Origin: Candidatus Adlerbacteria bacterium
GTDB taxonomy: Bacteria; Patescibacteriota; Minisyncoccia; Phycocordibacterales; SBAW01
NCBI GenBank assembly: GCA_029288895.1
Contig: JARIGK010000004.1
Coordinates: 175,866 to 239,865, forward strand
DNA length: 64,000 nt
Reading direction: 5' to 3'
Positions within the stretch are counted from its first letter, which is position 1, and every line of letters starts with the position of its first letter. The notes below the pieces were generated by a model. It was not told the DNA's origin, searched no databases, and saw nothing but the letters and a program-made list of their open reading frames with translations. The translations under genes were made by a program, and so were the position numbers. Positions 19,989 to 28,416 of the stretch are shown piece by piece.

Positions 19989-20012
19989 GGGCCGCCCTTC
20001 TTTTGGGCGGCC
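19989..20012 (+). terminator. Rho-independent terminator
   Basis: GGGCCGCCC-ttctttt-GGGCGGCC followed by TTTTCTTTTT (the T-run continues into element B). Confidence 0.65.
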
Positions 20013-20054
20013 TTTTCTTTTTAATTTGTTCTGAAGCACCTATGTTAAAATTTC
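20012..20054 (+). repeat. Repeat element B, copy 2
   Basis: CTTTTCTTTTTAATTTGTTCTGAAGCACCTATGTTAAAATTTC, 17 bp before ATG 20072. Confidence 0.6.
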
Positions 20055-20071
20055 AGTTAAGAGCTTAAAGT

Positions 20072-20587
20072 ATGAGAGCCAAAACTGTACGTGTGAATGA
20101 CAGAATGCAGAAAGGGTACAGCTACACCCTGAGCGAGCCCGTGGGCAAAAATTTTGACCCGCGTTTCCAGCCCGACCTTACGCCAAAACAAATGCTCGCA
20201 CTTGGTGTGTTTGGCGGCGTCTACATGCGCGACTGCAGAAAAGAATTTCCAAAGGATTGGTTTGCGAAAGCCAAGTTTCAAACGAAAGGAGTGTATGAAC
20301 AAGATCCAACAATTAATTTTTTTAAGGTGAAGGCGAGTCAGTCGCTTAGCGAATGGAAGAGAAAAGGGTGGATATATAAAGACGACCCGCGCGGATGGTT
20401 CCAATGGTACTGCCGCTACTATATGGGGCGCCGCGGGGAGGATGACGAGCGGCAGATCAAACGCTGGGTTGCTATCCGTCGCCACATTGCGCAAATAGTA
20501 AAGAACTGCCGCAAGGGAGATTTTTCATGCCACTCAAAACAGCGGCAAGCTGTTCTTCACTGGGCGTACGACAGCAGGACGTTATAA
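20072..20587 (+). CDS. Hypothetical protein (Trp/Arg-rich)
   Basis: 171-aa ORF after element B copy 2; no recognisable motif. Confidence 0.5.
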   Translation: MRAKTVRVNDRMQKGYSYTLSEPVGKNFDPRFQPDLTPKQMLALGVFGGVYMRDCRKEFPKDWFAKAKFQTKGVYEQDPTINFFKVKASQSLSEWKRKGWIYKDDPRGWFQWYCRYYMGRRGEDDERQIKRWVAIRRHIAQIVKNCRKGDFSCHSKQRQAVLHWAYDSRTL

Positions 20588-20594
20588 TTGAGGT

Positions 20595-20996
20595 ATGAAA
20601 ACAGCGACGCAATATTTCCATTACAAAAAACCAACATGGGCGCCGCCGTCGTGGCTCTTTGGTCCCGTATGGACCGTGCTCTACATTCTTATCGCGATTT
20701 CGTTTGGATACGTTGGCTACTTGTGGTTTACGAATGCAATCACACCCCAAATACTTCTCCCGTTTGTACTCAACCTCATATTCAATTTTCTGTTTACTCC
20801 AATCCAATTTCGGTTGCGCAATTTTACGCTCGCTGCCGTCGATATCATACTGGTTTGGACAACCCTTGTATGGGCGCTGGTAACTATTTTGCCTATTGCA
20901 TCGTGGGTCGCGTACATTAACTTGCCATACCTTGCGTGGGTGAGCTTCGCCACCGTCTTGCAGTTCACGATTACTGCGATGAATAGAAAGGCGTAG
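20595..20996 (+). CDS. TspO/MBR family (tryptophan-rich sensory protein)
   Basis: KPTWAPPSWLFGPVWTVLYILIAISFGYV matches the TspO signature; 133 aa, 5 TM. Confidence 0.75.
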   Translation: MKTATQYFHYKKPTWAPPSWLFGPVWTVLYILIAISFGYVGYLWFTNAITPQILLPFVLNLIFNFLFTPIQFRLRNFTLAAVDIILVWTTLVWALVTILPIASWVAYINLPYLAWVSFATVLQFTITAMNRKA

Positions 20997-21063
20997 GTAC
21001 TTCACTCGTTCCCCAGAACGGGCAGGTACAATAGAGGGGTTATTTATTTTGTAAGAAAAAACT

Positions 21064-21411
21064 ATGAACAAATATTTCGTTACATTCTCGATGCCGGCTG
21101 CGACTATCCAAAACTGGATGGCGACTGTCGACGAAGAGACTCGCAAAACTCAGACAGAAGACATGATGCAAAAGTGGGAGCAGTGGATGGCCGAGCATGC
21201 AGCGCAGGTTGTCGATAAAGGCATGCCGCTTGGCCGAACAAAGCGCATCACAAGCCAGGGCATTACTGATGTTAAGAACGAACTCAACTTTTACATCATT
21301 GTCGAGGCCGAAAGCCACGACGCTGCGGCAGAGCTACTTCGCACGCATCCGCAGTTAGCTATCATCCCCGACACCTATATCGAGGTGATGACTACAACGG
21401 GCCCGCAGTGA
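21064..21411 (+). CDS. Hypothetical small protein (possibly YciI-like alpha/beta fold)
   Basis: 115 aa; weak resemblance (YIIVEAESHDAAAELLRTHP); not recognised confidently. Confidence 0.45.
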   Translation: MNKYFVTFSMPAATIQNWMATVDEETRKTQTEDMMQKWEQWMAEHAAQVVDKGMPLGRTKRITSQGITDVKNELNFYIIVEAESHDAAAELLRTHPQLAIIPDTYIEVMTTTGPQ

Positions 21412-21436
21412 AGCCCTAATGGTATAGTTGGAGTAT

Positions 21437-23056
21437 ATGAGTATGTTGAGCAGGGTATTTGGCCGTGTCCGCGCGTGGGCATGGTACTCCAAAGTTGCTG
21501 CGGCAGTAGCGGTTGTTGCTGTTGTGGGCGTGGGCGTGCATGCACTGACGCGCACCAATGACGCTACTACTACAACGCCACAAGTGTCGCACGTGCGCGA
21601 AGCATCCGTTGCGAGCCTTTCGTCGCAGAGCGTGGGGCCATTGCCTGTCGTGGGCAACGTGACATCGCTCGATCATGCAACACTGCTTGCGCAAACGTCT
21701 GGTCCTGTGACGAGCCTTTCGAAATCGCTTGGTTCGTACGTCGCCGCGGGCGGCGTGATAGGCGAGCTTGAAAACAGCGCCCAGCGCGCAGCCGTACTCC
21801 AAGCACAAGGTGCGTACGAAGCAGCGCAAGCGTCATTTGCAAACACCAGCGGGACGTCGGCGCAAAACTCTGGCATCGGTGCAAATCAGGCAGTGCAAAA
21901 TGTGGCAAACACACAAGCAAGTGCAAACACTGCGATGCAAAGCCTCTACTCGGCGCTCGACGACGCGGTGCATACCAAAGCCGACCTTTTGTTTACTAAC
22001 CCGCGCACTAATGCAACGCTTTTGCTGACGACAACCGACAGCCAGCTTGCTATTACCTTGCAGAACGAACGTGTCGCACTTGAGCACACGCTTTCGAATG
22101 CAAACAGCAAAGCAAATGCATCAACGCGCGCGGACACTGACGCTGACATCACAACGATGGCCGCGTATGGGCAGGCGACGGTAACCTTCCTTAACCATTT
22201 GGTCGAGGCGGTAAACAAAGCGCTGCCTACAGAAACTGTCACAGCGGCGCAAATTTCCGGGTACCAAACATCCATTGCTGCGGCACGCACCGAAGTAGTG
22301 AGTGCGCTCTCGAGCCTTTCGTCGGCAAAAACAGCGTATGATGCCGCGGTGGCAAGCGCTGCAACGGCAAGCAACACTGCGGGCACTGGCACAGCAAACA
22401 GCATTAGCGCAGCCGGGGCGCAGGTGACGCAGGCACAAGGCGCACTTGATGCTGCACGCTCGGCGCTTGAAAAAACAATCATCCGCTCGCCGATTTCCGG
22501 CACCATTGTAAGTTTGCCCATTACGCGCGGCGGCTTTGTCACTGCGGGCTCGCAAGTGGCAGTCGTCTCAAACCCAGGCGCTTTGGAGGTTGATGCGTAT
22601 GTAACGCCAAGCGATGCGAAGACCATTGTCGTCGGTGGCGTGGCAACCATAGGGCAGGGCACCCGCGGCGTTATCGTTTCTATTGCACCAGCGCTCGACC
22701 CAACCATCGGCAAAATTTTGGTAAAGATTGGTATTCCGGGCAGCCAAGCAGCGCTCACCGATGGTGACACCGTCTCTGTCACACTCGCACGCTCGACGCC
22801 GGCACAGGTCAAACAACAAACAAAGACGCCAGAAGGTACGGTGCTTATTCCGATAGTTGCAGCAAAAATTACGCCTCAAGGCCCCGTCGTCTTCCAAGTG
22901 ACTGCGTCATCGACTTTGCACAGCATCCCTGTGACGCTCGGCACTATTTTGGGCGAACAAGTTACCATCACAAGCGGTCTTACCCCTGACATGAGTATCG
23001 TTACCGATGCGCGCGGGCTCTCCGATGGCGACACGGTCGTCGTCGACACTCAATAA
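21437..23056 (+). CDS. Efflux periplasmic adaptor (HlyD/membrane fusion protein family), long form
   Basis: N-terminal TM helix, very long Ala/Thr/Gln-rich helical region, C-terminal beta-barrel motifs (IRSPISGTIVSL, VVSNPGALEVDAYV); 3 nt upstream of the RND gene. Confidence 0.8.
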   Translation: MSMLSRVFGRVRAWAWYSKVAAAVAVVAVVGVGVHALTRTNDATTTTPQVSHVREASVASLSSQSVGPLPVVGNVTSLDHATLLAQTSGPVTSLSKSLGSYVAAGGVIGELENSAQRAAVLQAQGAYEAAQASFANTSGTSAQNSGIGANQAVQNVANTQASANTAMQSLYSALDDAVHTKADLLFTNPRTNATLLLTTTDSQLAITLQNERVALEHTLSNANSKANASTRADTDADITTMAAYGQATVTFLNHLVEAVNKALPTETVTAAQISGYQTSIAAARTEVVSALSSLSSAKTAYDAAVASAATASNTAGTGTANSISAAGAQVTQAQGALDAARSALEKTIIRSPISGTIVSLPITRGGFVTAGSQVAVVSNPGALEVDAYVTPSDAKTIVVGGVATIGQGTRGVIVSIAPALDPTIGKILVKIGIPGSQAALTDGDTVSVTLARSTPAQVKQQTKTPEGTVLIPIVAAKITPQGPVVFQVTASSTLHSIPVTLGTILGEQVTITSGLTPDMSIVTDARGLSDGDTVVVDTQ

Positions 23057-23059
23057 CCT

Positions 23060-26000
23060 ATGTTGTGGCTGTGGAATTTCTTCCTGGAGCGCAAACAATT
23101 TAGCTACGTCCTTATTGCGACGCTTGTTATTGCAGGGTTCTATGCGCTTTTGCAGATCCCAAAAGAAAATGCGCCGTCTATTGTCATCCCCAACGGCATC
23201 GTTACGGTTGCCTTGCCGGGCGCCTCGGCCGAAGATATCGAGCGCCTCGTCACGAACAAACTCGAAGATCAAATTTCTGGTCTCTCGAACCTCGACACCA
23301 TTTCATCAAACTCAAGCGATGGCGTTTCCGTACTAAACGTACAATTCAGCGCAAACGCCGACGTCAACCAATCGATCCAAGACCTGCGCGACGCAGTAGC
23401 CAAAGCGGTGCCTAACTTGCCGCAAGATGCCACGGCGCCGCAAGTCAGCAAGATCGATATCACCAATCAACCTATTCTTGTTGTTTCGATTTCGGGCGAC
23501 CTGCCATTGCCAGCATTTTCTGCCTTGGGCACATCAGTGTCGGATGACTTGAAGAGCATCCCTGGAGTTTCGGAAGTGGATGTTACTGGCGTGCCAGATA
23601 GAGAGGTGGATGTCATCGTCAGCAAAGAACAGCTCGAGCGATATGGCTTGCGCTTGGTTGATGTGATTGGCGCTATCTCGTCTGCAAACGCTGCGGCACC
23701 TGCAGGCAGCATTTCGATAAACGGCGTTAACTACACCGTGAACTTTAAAGGCGGCATCGACGACCCGTCCGAAATACAAAACATTGCGGTTGGCTCCAAA
23801 AATGGCGTGCCGATTTATGTGCGCGACATAGCAGTCGTCTCCGACGGCCTGGCACCTGCAAAAACATATTCGCGCCTCTCGCTTGGCGGCAAACCAAGCA
23901 ATCAAGCCATGACGCTTATGGTCTACAAGCAGTCGGGCGCGAGTGTGCAAGGTGTTGCCAACGCTGCAAAGAAAAAAGTCGAAGCGTTGAAAGGCACATC
24001 GCTCAAAGGCCTCGATGTGTTTATCTCGCCGTCGACAGACCAGGGCGTGCAGGTTTCAAAGCAGTTGGGCGACTTGGCCGAAACAGGGCTCGAAACTGTC
24101 GCACTCGTGCTCATTGTGCTCTTTATCACTATCGGTTGGCGCGAGTCTGTTGTGGCAGGGCTCGCTATCCCGATGTCCTTCCTTATCGCGTTTATCGGGC
24201 TCTACCTTACCGGCAATACGCTTAACTTTATTTCGCTCTTTGCACTTATTTTAGCCGTCGGCATTTTGGTCGACTCTGGCATCGTCGTGACGGAAGCCAT
24301 CCATGCACGCCGTCCATTATTTAAAGACTCGATGGATGCTGCACGCGCGGCACTCCACGACTACGCGTGGCCGCTTATCGCGGGCACCATGGCGACAGTG
24401 GCCGTGTTCGCACCGCTCTTCTTTATCTCGGGCATCGTTGGCAAATTTATCGCTGGTATTCCGTACACGCTTATCTTTGTGCTCATCGCATCGATCTTCG
24501 TGGCGCTTGGTATTGTGCCGCTCATTGCCGTGCTTTTTTCGTCGAGCCAAACGCAGAGCCGTTTGGAGGAGCTCCAAGAAATGTATACCGAAAAGACAAC
24601 GCATTGGTATAAAGAAAAATTGCGCATCATGCTCGAGAGTAAACGCGCACAGCGCCTCTTCTTGCGCGGGCTTGCGGCGCTCTTTGTGTTGTCGCTCGCG
24701 CTGCCATTTACGGGTTTGGTGCAAACAACATTCTTCCCGCAAGACGACCAAGATTTTGTCTACATAAACATCCAAAAACCAGAAGGCACGACGCTTGCAC
24801 AAACAGATTTGACTGTGCGCGAGGTGGAAGAGATCTTGTACAAAAACAGCGATATCTCGTCGTTTGAAACAACCGTTGGCCAAAGTTCTGGGCTTACGGG
24901 CTCGGGCTCGTCCGGCAGCAACCAAGCAAACATCACAGTAAACTTGCCGCTTGGCCACAAAAAGACAAGCACCAGCATTTCAAACGAATTAACACAGCAG
25001 CTTGGCGTTATCACCGATGCAGATATTCAAGTGCTCCAGGCAAACAATGGGCCATCGTCGGGCGCGCCGATTCAAATACAGTTTAAAGGCGAGAATTTAA
25101 ATGACTTGATCACCGCAGCACAAGCAGGGAAGCGATTGCTTGCAAGTATGCCGGATGTCAAAAATATCACTGACACGACGCAAAACAATGGCACTGCGTT
25201 TGACTTGAGCATTGACCGTGGGAAAGCAACGGCGCTTGGCCTCTCGACACAAATGGTGGCGCAAACATTGCGCGCCGCGATCCAGGGCGCCAAGGCCACA
25301 AGCATCACAGAGCCGCAAAAAGATATCGACGTTATCGTAAAGCTCAACCTAAACACCAACTACATCGACCCGTCCGACACGACGCGCACCACGATTGATG
25401 CAATTAAAAATCTTTCGATCCAAGGCAGCACGGGCCCTGTGCTCTTGGGCTCGGTGCTCACAGACAGCCTGGGGCAGAGCAACGCAGCAATTGCCCACAA
25501 AGACAAAGTACGTATTGAAACAGTATCGGCATACCCGAGCGACAACACAACGGCCAATGCCGTAGTCGGCGCGTTCCAAAAACGCCAAAGCGAACTGATT
25601 TTGCCCGAAGGCGTGACGGCTTCGTATGGCGGCGAAACACAAGACGTAAATAAATCATTTACAGAAATGTTTCTCGCGCTTATCGCGGGGCTCGTGCTTA
25701 TGTTTATGATCCTCATCATTTCATTTAACTCGATCCGCCACACGCTCCAACTGTTGCTTATCGTGCCGCTCTCGCTCATCGGCGTCTTGGATGGTTTGGC
25801 GCTCACGGGGCAGCCGGTGTCGTTTACCTCGCTCCTTGGCATCATTGCGCTCGGCGGCGTCATCATTAACCACGCCATTATATTGATGGACTCAATGATC
25901 CATCAGCTGCATGCGCACCCGGACAAGTCGCTCGTTGATATTGTCGTCGACTCATCTGCAACGCGCTTGCGCCCGATTGTGCTGACAACTATTACTACTG

Positions 26001-26161
26001 TTGTGGGTATGATCCCGCTCGCGCTGTCGAATGCTACATGGGGTCCGCTGGCGTACGCTGTGATGTTTGGCTTGACCTTCGCTATCTGTCTCACGCTTGT
26101 GCTCGTGCCAGTGCTCTTCTTCCGCTATCACACGCGCATGCGCGCAAAAGCAACGCACTAG
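23060..26161 (+). CDS. RND-family efflux transporter permease (AcrB-like)
   Basis: 1033 aa, 12-TM architecture with two large extracytoplasmic loops; AcrB-type motifs (SLFALILAVGILVDSGIVV...). Confidence 0.9.
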   Translation: MLWLWNFFLERKQFSYVLIATLVIAGFYALLQIPKENAPSIVIPNGIVTVALPGASAEDIERLVTNKLEDQISGLSNLDTISSNSSDGVSVLNVQFSANADVNQSIQDLRDAVAKAVPNLPQDATAPQVSKIDITNQPILVVSISGDLPLPAFSALGTSVSDDLKSIPGVSEVDVTGVPDREVDVIVSKEQLERYGLRLVDVIGAISSANAAAPAGSISINGVNYTVNFKGGIDDPSEIQNIAVGSKNGVPIYVRDIAVVSDGLAPAKTYSRLSLGGKPSNQAMTLMVYKQSGASVQGVANAAKKKVEALKGTSLKGLDVFISPSTDQGVQVSKQLGDLAETGLETVALVLIVLFITIGWRESVVAGLAIPMSFLIAFIGLYLTGNTLNFISLFALILAVGILVDSGIVVTEAIHARRPLFKDSMDAARAALHDYAWPLIAGTMATVAVFAPLFFISGIVGKFIAGIPYTLIFVLIASIFVALGIVPLIAVLFSSSQTQSRLEELQEMYTEKTTHWYKEKLRIMLESKRAQRLFLRGLAALFVLSLALPFTGLVQTTFFPQDDQDFVYINIQKPEGTTLAQTDLTVREVEEILYKNSDISSFETTVGQSSGLTGSGSSGSNQANITVNLPLGHKKTSTSISNELTQQLGVITDADIQVLQANNGPSSGAPIQIQFKGENLNDLITAAQAGKRLLASMPDVKNITDTTQNNGTAFDLSIDRGKATALGLSTQMVAQTLRAAIQGAKATSITEPQKDIDVIVKLNLNTNYIDPSDTTRTTIDAIKNLSIQGSTGPVLLGSVLTDSLGQSNAAIAHKDKVRIETVSAYPSDNTTANAVVGAFQKRQSELILPEGVTASYGGETQDVNKSFTEMFLALIAGLVLMFMILIISFNSIRHTLQLLLIVPLSLIGVLDGLALTGQPVSFTSLLGIIALGGVIINHAIILMDSMIHQLHAHPDKSLVDIVVDSSATRLRPIVLTTITTVVGMIPLALSNATWGPLAYAVMFGLTFAICLTLVLVPVLFFRYHTRMRAKATH

Positions 26162-26224
26162 TGCGTGTCGACTTCATCGTTTTACATGACATCAGCGTGA
26201 AGCGTCCTTATACTGGAAGCGCTG

Positions 26225-26824
26225 ATGTACAAAATTCTCATAGGCGGATTGATTATTGTTGTTGCGTTCTGTACGCACCTGCAGTCCGCAAGCCCAAGCG
26301 ATGCTATCCCGCAGATTCCTGATGCGGGCACTGTAGTTTCTACGTCGAGCGCGCCGACATCGCACGAAGACGTCCATGTAACCCCGACCGTAGCGCATGT
26401 ACCTGTGCGTGTGCGCATACCCGCACTCAATCTAAATGATGCGGTGGTGCCAGTTGGGCTTACACAGGACGGCGCTATGGATGTGCCGCCGGGCAACACA
26501 AAGAATGTTGGCTGGTACGAGTACGGCACCGTGCCAGGCGACATAGGAAGTGCGGTGTTTGATGCACATGTGTTTGCTGCATTTTCGAAGCTCTACAAAT
26601 TAAAAGCAGGGGACGACATCTACGTCACGCTCATGGATGGACGCGAAGAGCATTTTACTGTTGAAGAGACAAACGTATACGCACTCGGTGATGTTCCTGC
26701 GGAAGCACTCTTTGCGCGTGCGGATACACAGAGGCTCAACTTGATTACATGCGAAGGCAAACTCACGCGCGACCGCTCGACCTACGACCATAGGCGCATT
26801 ATCTCTGCGACGCTCGTGCAATAA
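26225..26824 (+). CDS. Sortase-family transpeptidase
   Basis: N-terminal anchor, catalytic His context (AVFDAHVF), TLxTC active site (RLNLITCEG) and conserved Arg downstream. Confidence 0.7.
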   Translation: MYKILIGGLIIVVAFCTHLQSASPSDAIPQIPDAGTVVSTSSAPTSHEDVHVTPTVAHVPVRVRIPALNLNDAVVPVGLTQDGAMDVPPGNTKNVGWYEYGTVPGDIGSAVFDAHVFAAFSKLYKLKAGDDIYVTLMDGREEHFTVEETNVYALGDVPAEALFARADTQRLNLITCEGKLTRDRSTYDHRRIISATLVQ

Positions 26825-26828
26825 ACAA

Positions 26829-26856
26829 AGCCCCATAGAAGGGGCTCTGTTGTGTT
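26829..26856. terminator. Terminator hairpin between convergent genes
   Basis: AGCCCC-atagaa-GGGGCT followed by CTGTTGTGTT. Confidence 0.45.
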
Positions 26857-26879
26857 ACGAGAGTTTGGATCGGTTCCGT

Positions 26880-27227
26880 CTATGAGCGAAGTGCGATCTT
26901 GCGCTGGCGTGCTAGATATACTGCAGCGCCGCCCGCGATAAGTGCACTGCCGCCAAGTGTTGCCCATGCGCCAAGTGCATCGCCGCCCAACCCTGTGTTT
27001 GGCGTGCCTGGCGTTGTGCTCATGGTGCCACTCGTGCCTGAGGTGCCAGTAGTTCCGGTTGTGTTAGTAGTGCCCGTTGTTCCCGTTGTGTTTGTGGAAC
27101 CGGTTGTACCAGTCGTACCCGTTGTGCTGCTGCCAGTAGTCTGTGCAAACGCGACGCCGCTGCCCAAGAGCAACGTTAGTGCGACTGCGGCACTTCCTGC
27201 TTTAATCCCAAGTGTGCGTAGAGTCAT
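26880..27227 (-). CDS. Small secreted Thr/Gly-rich repetitive protein with a C-terminal PNTG sorting signal (sortase substrate)
   Basis: Signal peptide MTLRTLGIKAGSAAVALTLLLGSGVAFAQT; TTGTTG-type tandem repeats; C-terminus TPNTG + hydrophobic stretch + RQRK. Confidence 0.6.
   Translation of the reverse strand: MTLRTLGIKAGSAAVALTLLLGSGVAFAQTTGSSTTGTTGTTGSTNTTGTTGTTNTTGTTGTSGTSGTMSTTPGTPNTGLGGDALGAWATLGGSALIAGGAAVYLARQRKIALRS
27040..27160. repeat. Short in-frame tandem repeat tract (9-12-bp GT/AC-rich units) inside the 26880..27227 gene
   Basis: Visible reiteration ...ccagtagttccggttgtgttagtagtgcccgttgttcccgttgtgtttgtggaaccggttgtaccagtcgtacccgttgtg... Confidence 0.6.
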
Positions 27228-27380
27228 AGAAGATGTAGTGTTAGCGAGTTAGTAATTCGTAATTCGCACATGAGAGTCCAGTATAGGTTGCATGTACTGA
27301 ACGCGAGGTGAACGAACGCATGATTTGCTCACTCAAAAACTCGTGGTTGAGCTTGATTCATCAAATCTACAGAATGTAAG

Positions 27381-27962
27381 ATGGAGGTAATGCAAAAAAC
27401 TACATCACGTTCGATTGCTTCAAATATAATTTTTACTCCCATCTTGCCATCGCGCACTCGTACTGTTCGTTACATTGGCGGCGTGACGCGCATGCAGAAC
27501 GAACGAATCCTGTCGCATATAGAAAAACTGTTGCACAAAAACGAAGAGGAAATTGGTTTGTTTGTGACATCACCGGGCGGGGCTACAGGTGCCGCGATGA
27601 GCTTTTATGACACCGTGCGCCATATTTTAAAACCTGCGCTTGTGACGATTGGCTCAGGCGACGTCGACTCATCCGGCATTGTTATCTTTTTGTCGGGCAC
27701 ACGCCGTTATGTGAGCCGCCGTACAACATTTTTGTTGCACCCAGCAGGCCGCGTCTTTGGTAACCAGCGCTATACGACAGCCGAAATGGCCGCGATGCTC
27801 GCCGAAGACAAACTCAAAGACGAACAGTACGCGAGTGTTGTTGCAGATAATTCTCGCGGGAATCTTTCTGTGCAGGATGTGCTCCTCATGATGGAGAAAC
27901 ATACCGTTTGTTCTGCGGATGATTTTCTACGAATGGGTCTCGTCGACGGCGTGCTTGAATAG
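27381..27962 (+). CDS. ClpP/crotonase-fold serine protease-like protein (divergent ClpP)
   Basis: VTSPGGATGAAMSFYDTVRHI resembles the ClpP INSPGG...IYDTM motif; candidate Ser (GSGDVDSSG) and His (LLHPAG). Confidence 0.5.
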   Translation: MEVMQKTTSRSIASNIIFTPILPSRTRTVRYIGGVTRMQNERILSHIEKLLHKNEEEIGLFVTSPGGATGAAMSFYDTVRHILKPALVTIGSGDVDSSGIVIFLSGTRRYVSRRTTFLLHPAGRVFGNQRYTTAEMAAMLAEDKLKDEQYASVVADNSRGNLSVQDVLLMMEKHTVCSADDFLRMGLVDGVLE

Positions 27963-28046
27963 CTGCCTTAACCTGCGCTTAATGTTGCCTCAGCTAGAGT
28001 GACTACAGGTCGATGTTATTGGCTAGCAGCTAAAATTGAAAAAGCA

Positions 28047-28293
28047 TATGGCAAACAACAATAGCGGTAACAACGGTAACGGTCGTGATGGTCGTGGCTT
28101 TGCTGGAATGGATCCAGAAAAGCAGCGCGAGATAGCAAGCAAAGGCGGCAAGGCCGCTCATGAGAAAGGGACTGCGCACGAGTTCGACTCGCAGGAAGCG
28201 CAGGAAGCGGGCCGCAAAGGCGGTAAAGCCGCTCACTCAAATTCGAGGGAAGACAACAGTAGCGATGACGAACGATCATCAGACGACGACTGA
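28047..28293 (+). CDS. KGG-repeat general stress protein
   Basis: GGKAAHEKG ... GRKGGKAAH repeats, acidic Ser/Asp tail; 82 aa from ATG 28047. Confidence 0.6.
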
Positions 28294-28316
28294 CCGGAGC
28301 CTCCCGTTCTTCCCCC

Positions 28317-28342
28317 AAACATCCCGCATTCGCGGGATGTTT
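28317..28342 (+). terminator. Stem-loop (possible terminator or attenuator) between the KGG gene and the next gene
   Basis: Perfect 11-bp stem AAACATCCCGC-attc-GCGGGATGTTT, followed by palindromic GCATATATGC. Confidence 0.4.
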
Positions 28343-28416
28343 GCATATATGCATGAAGACGCCCCATATGTGGATTTCTTTCAGTGGGCTGCCTGGTATA
28401 GTGAAATCAGGTTTTT

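Noticed and set aside
15783-20594. Classical integron (intI + attI + attC array)
   Set aside because: No IntI-like tyrosine recombinase gene in the window. The repeats are direct copies at the 5' side of each gene and lack RYYYAAC/GTTRRRY core pairs. Kept as a finding, but not called an integron.
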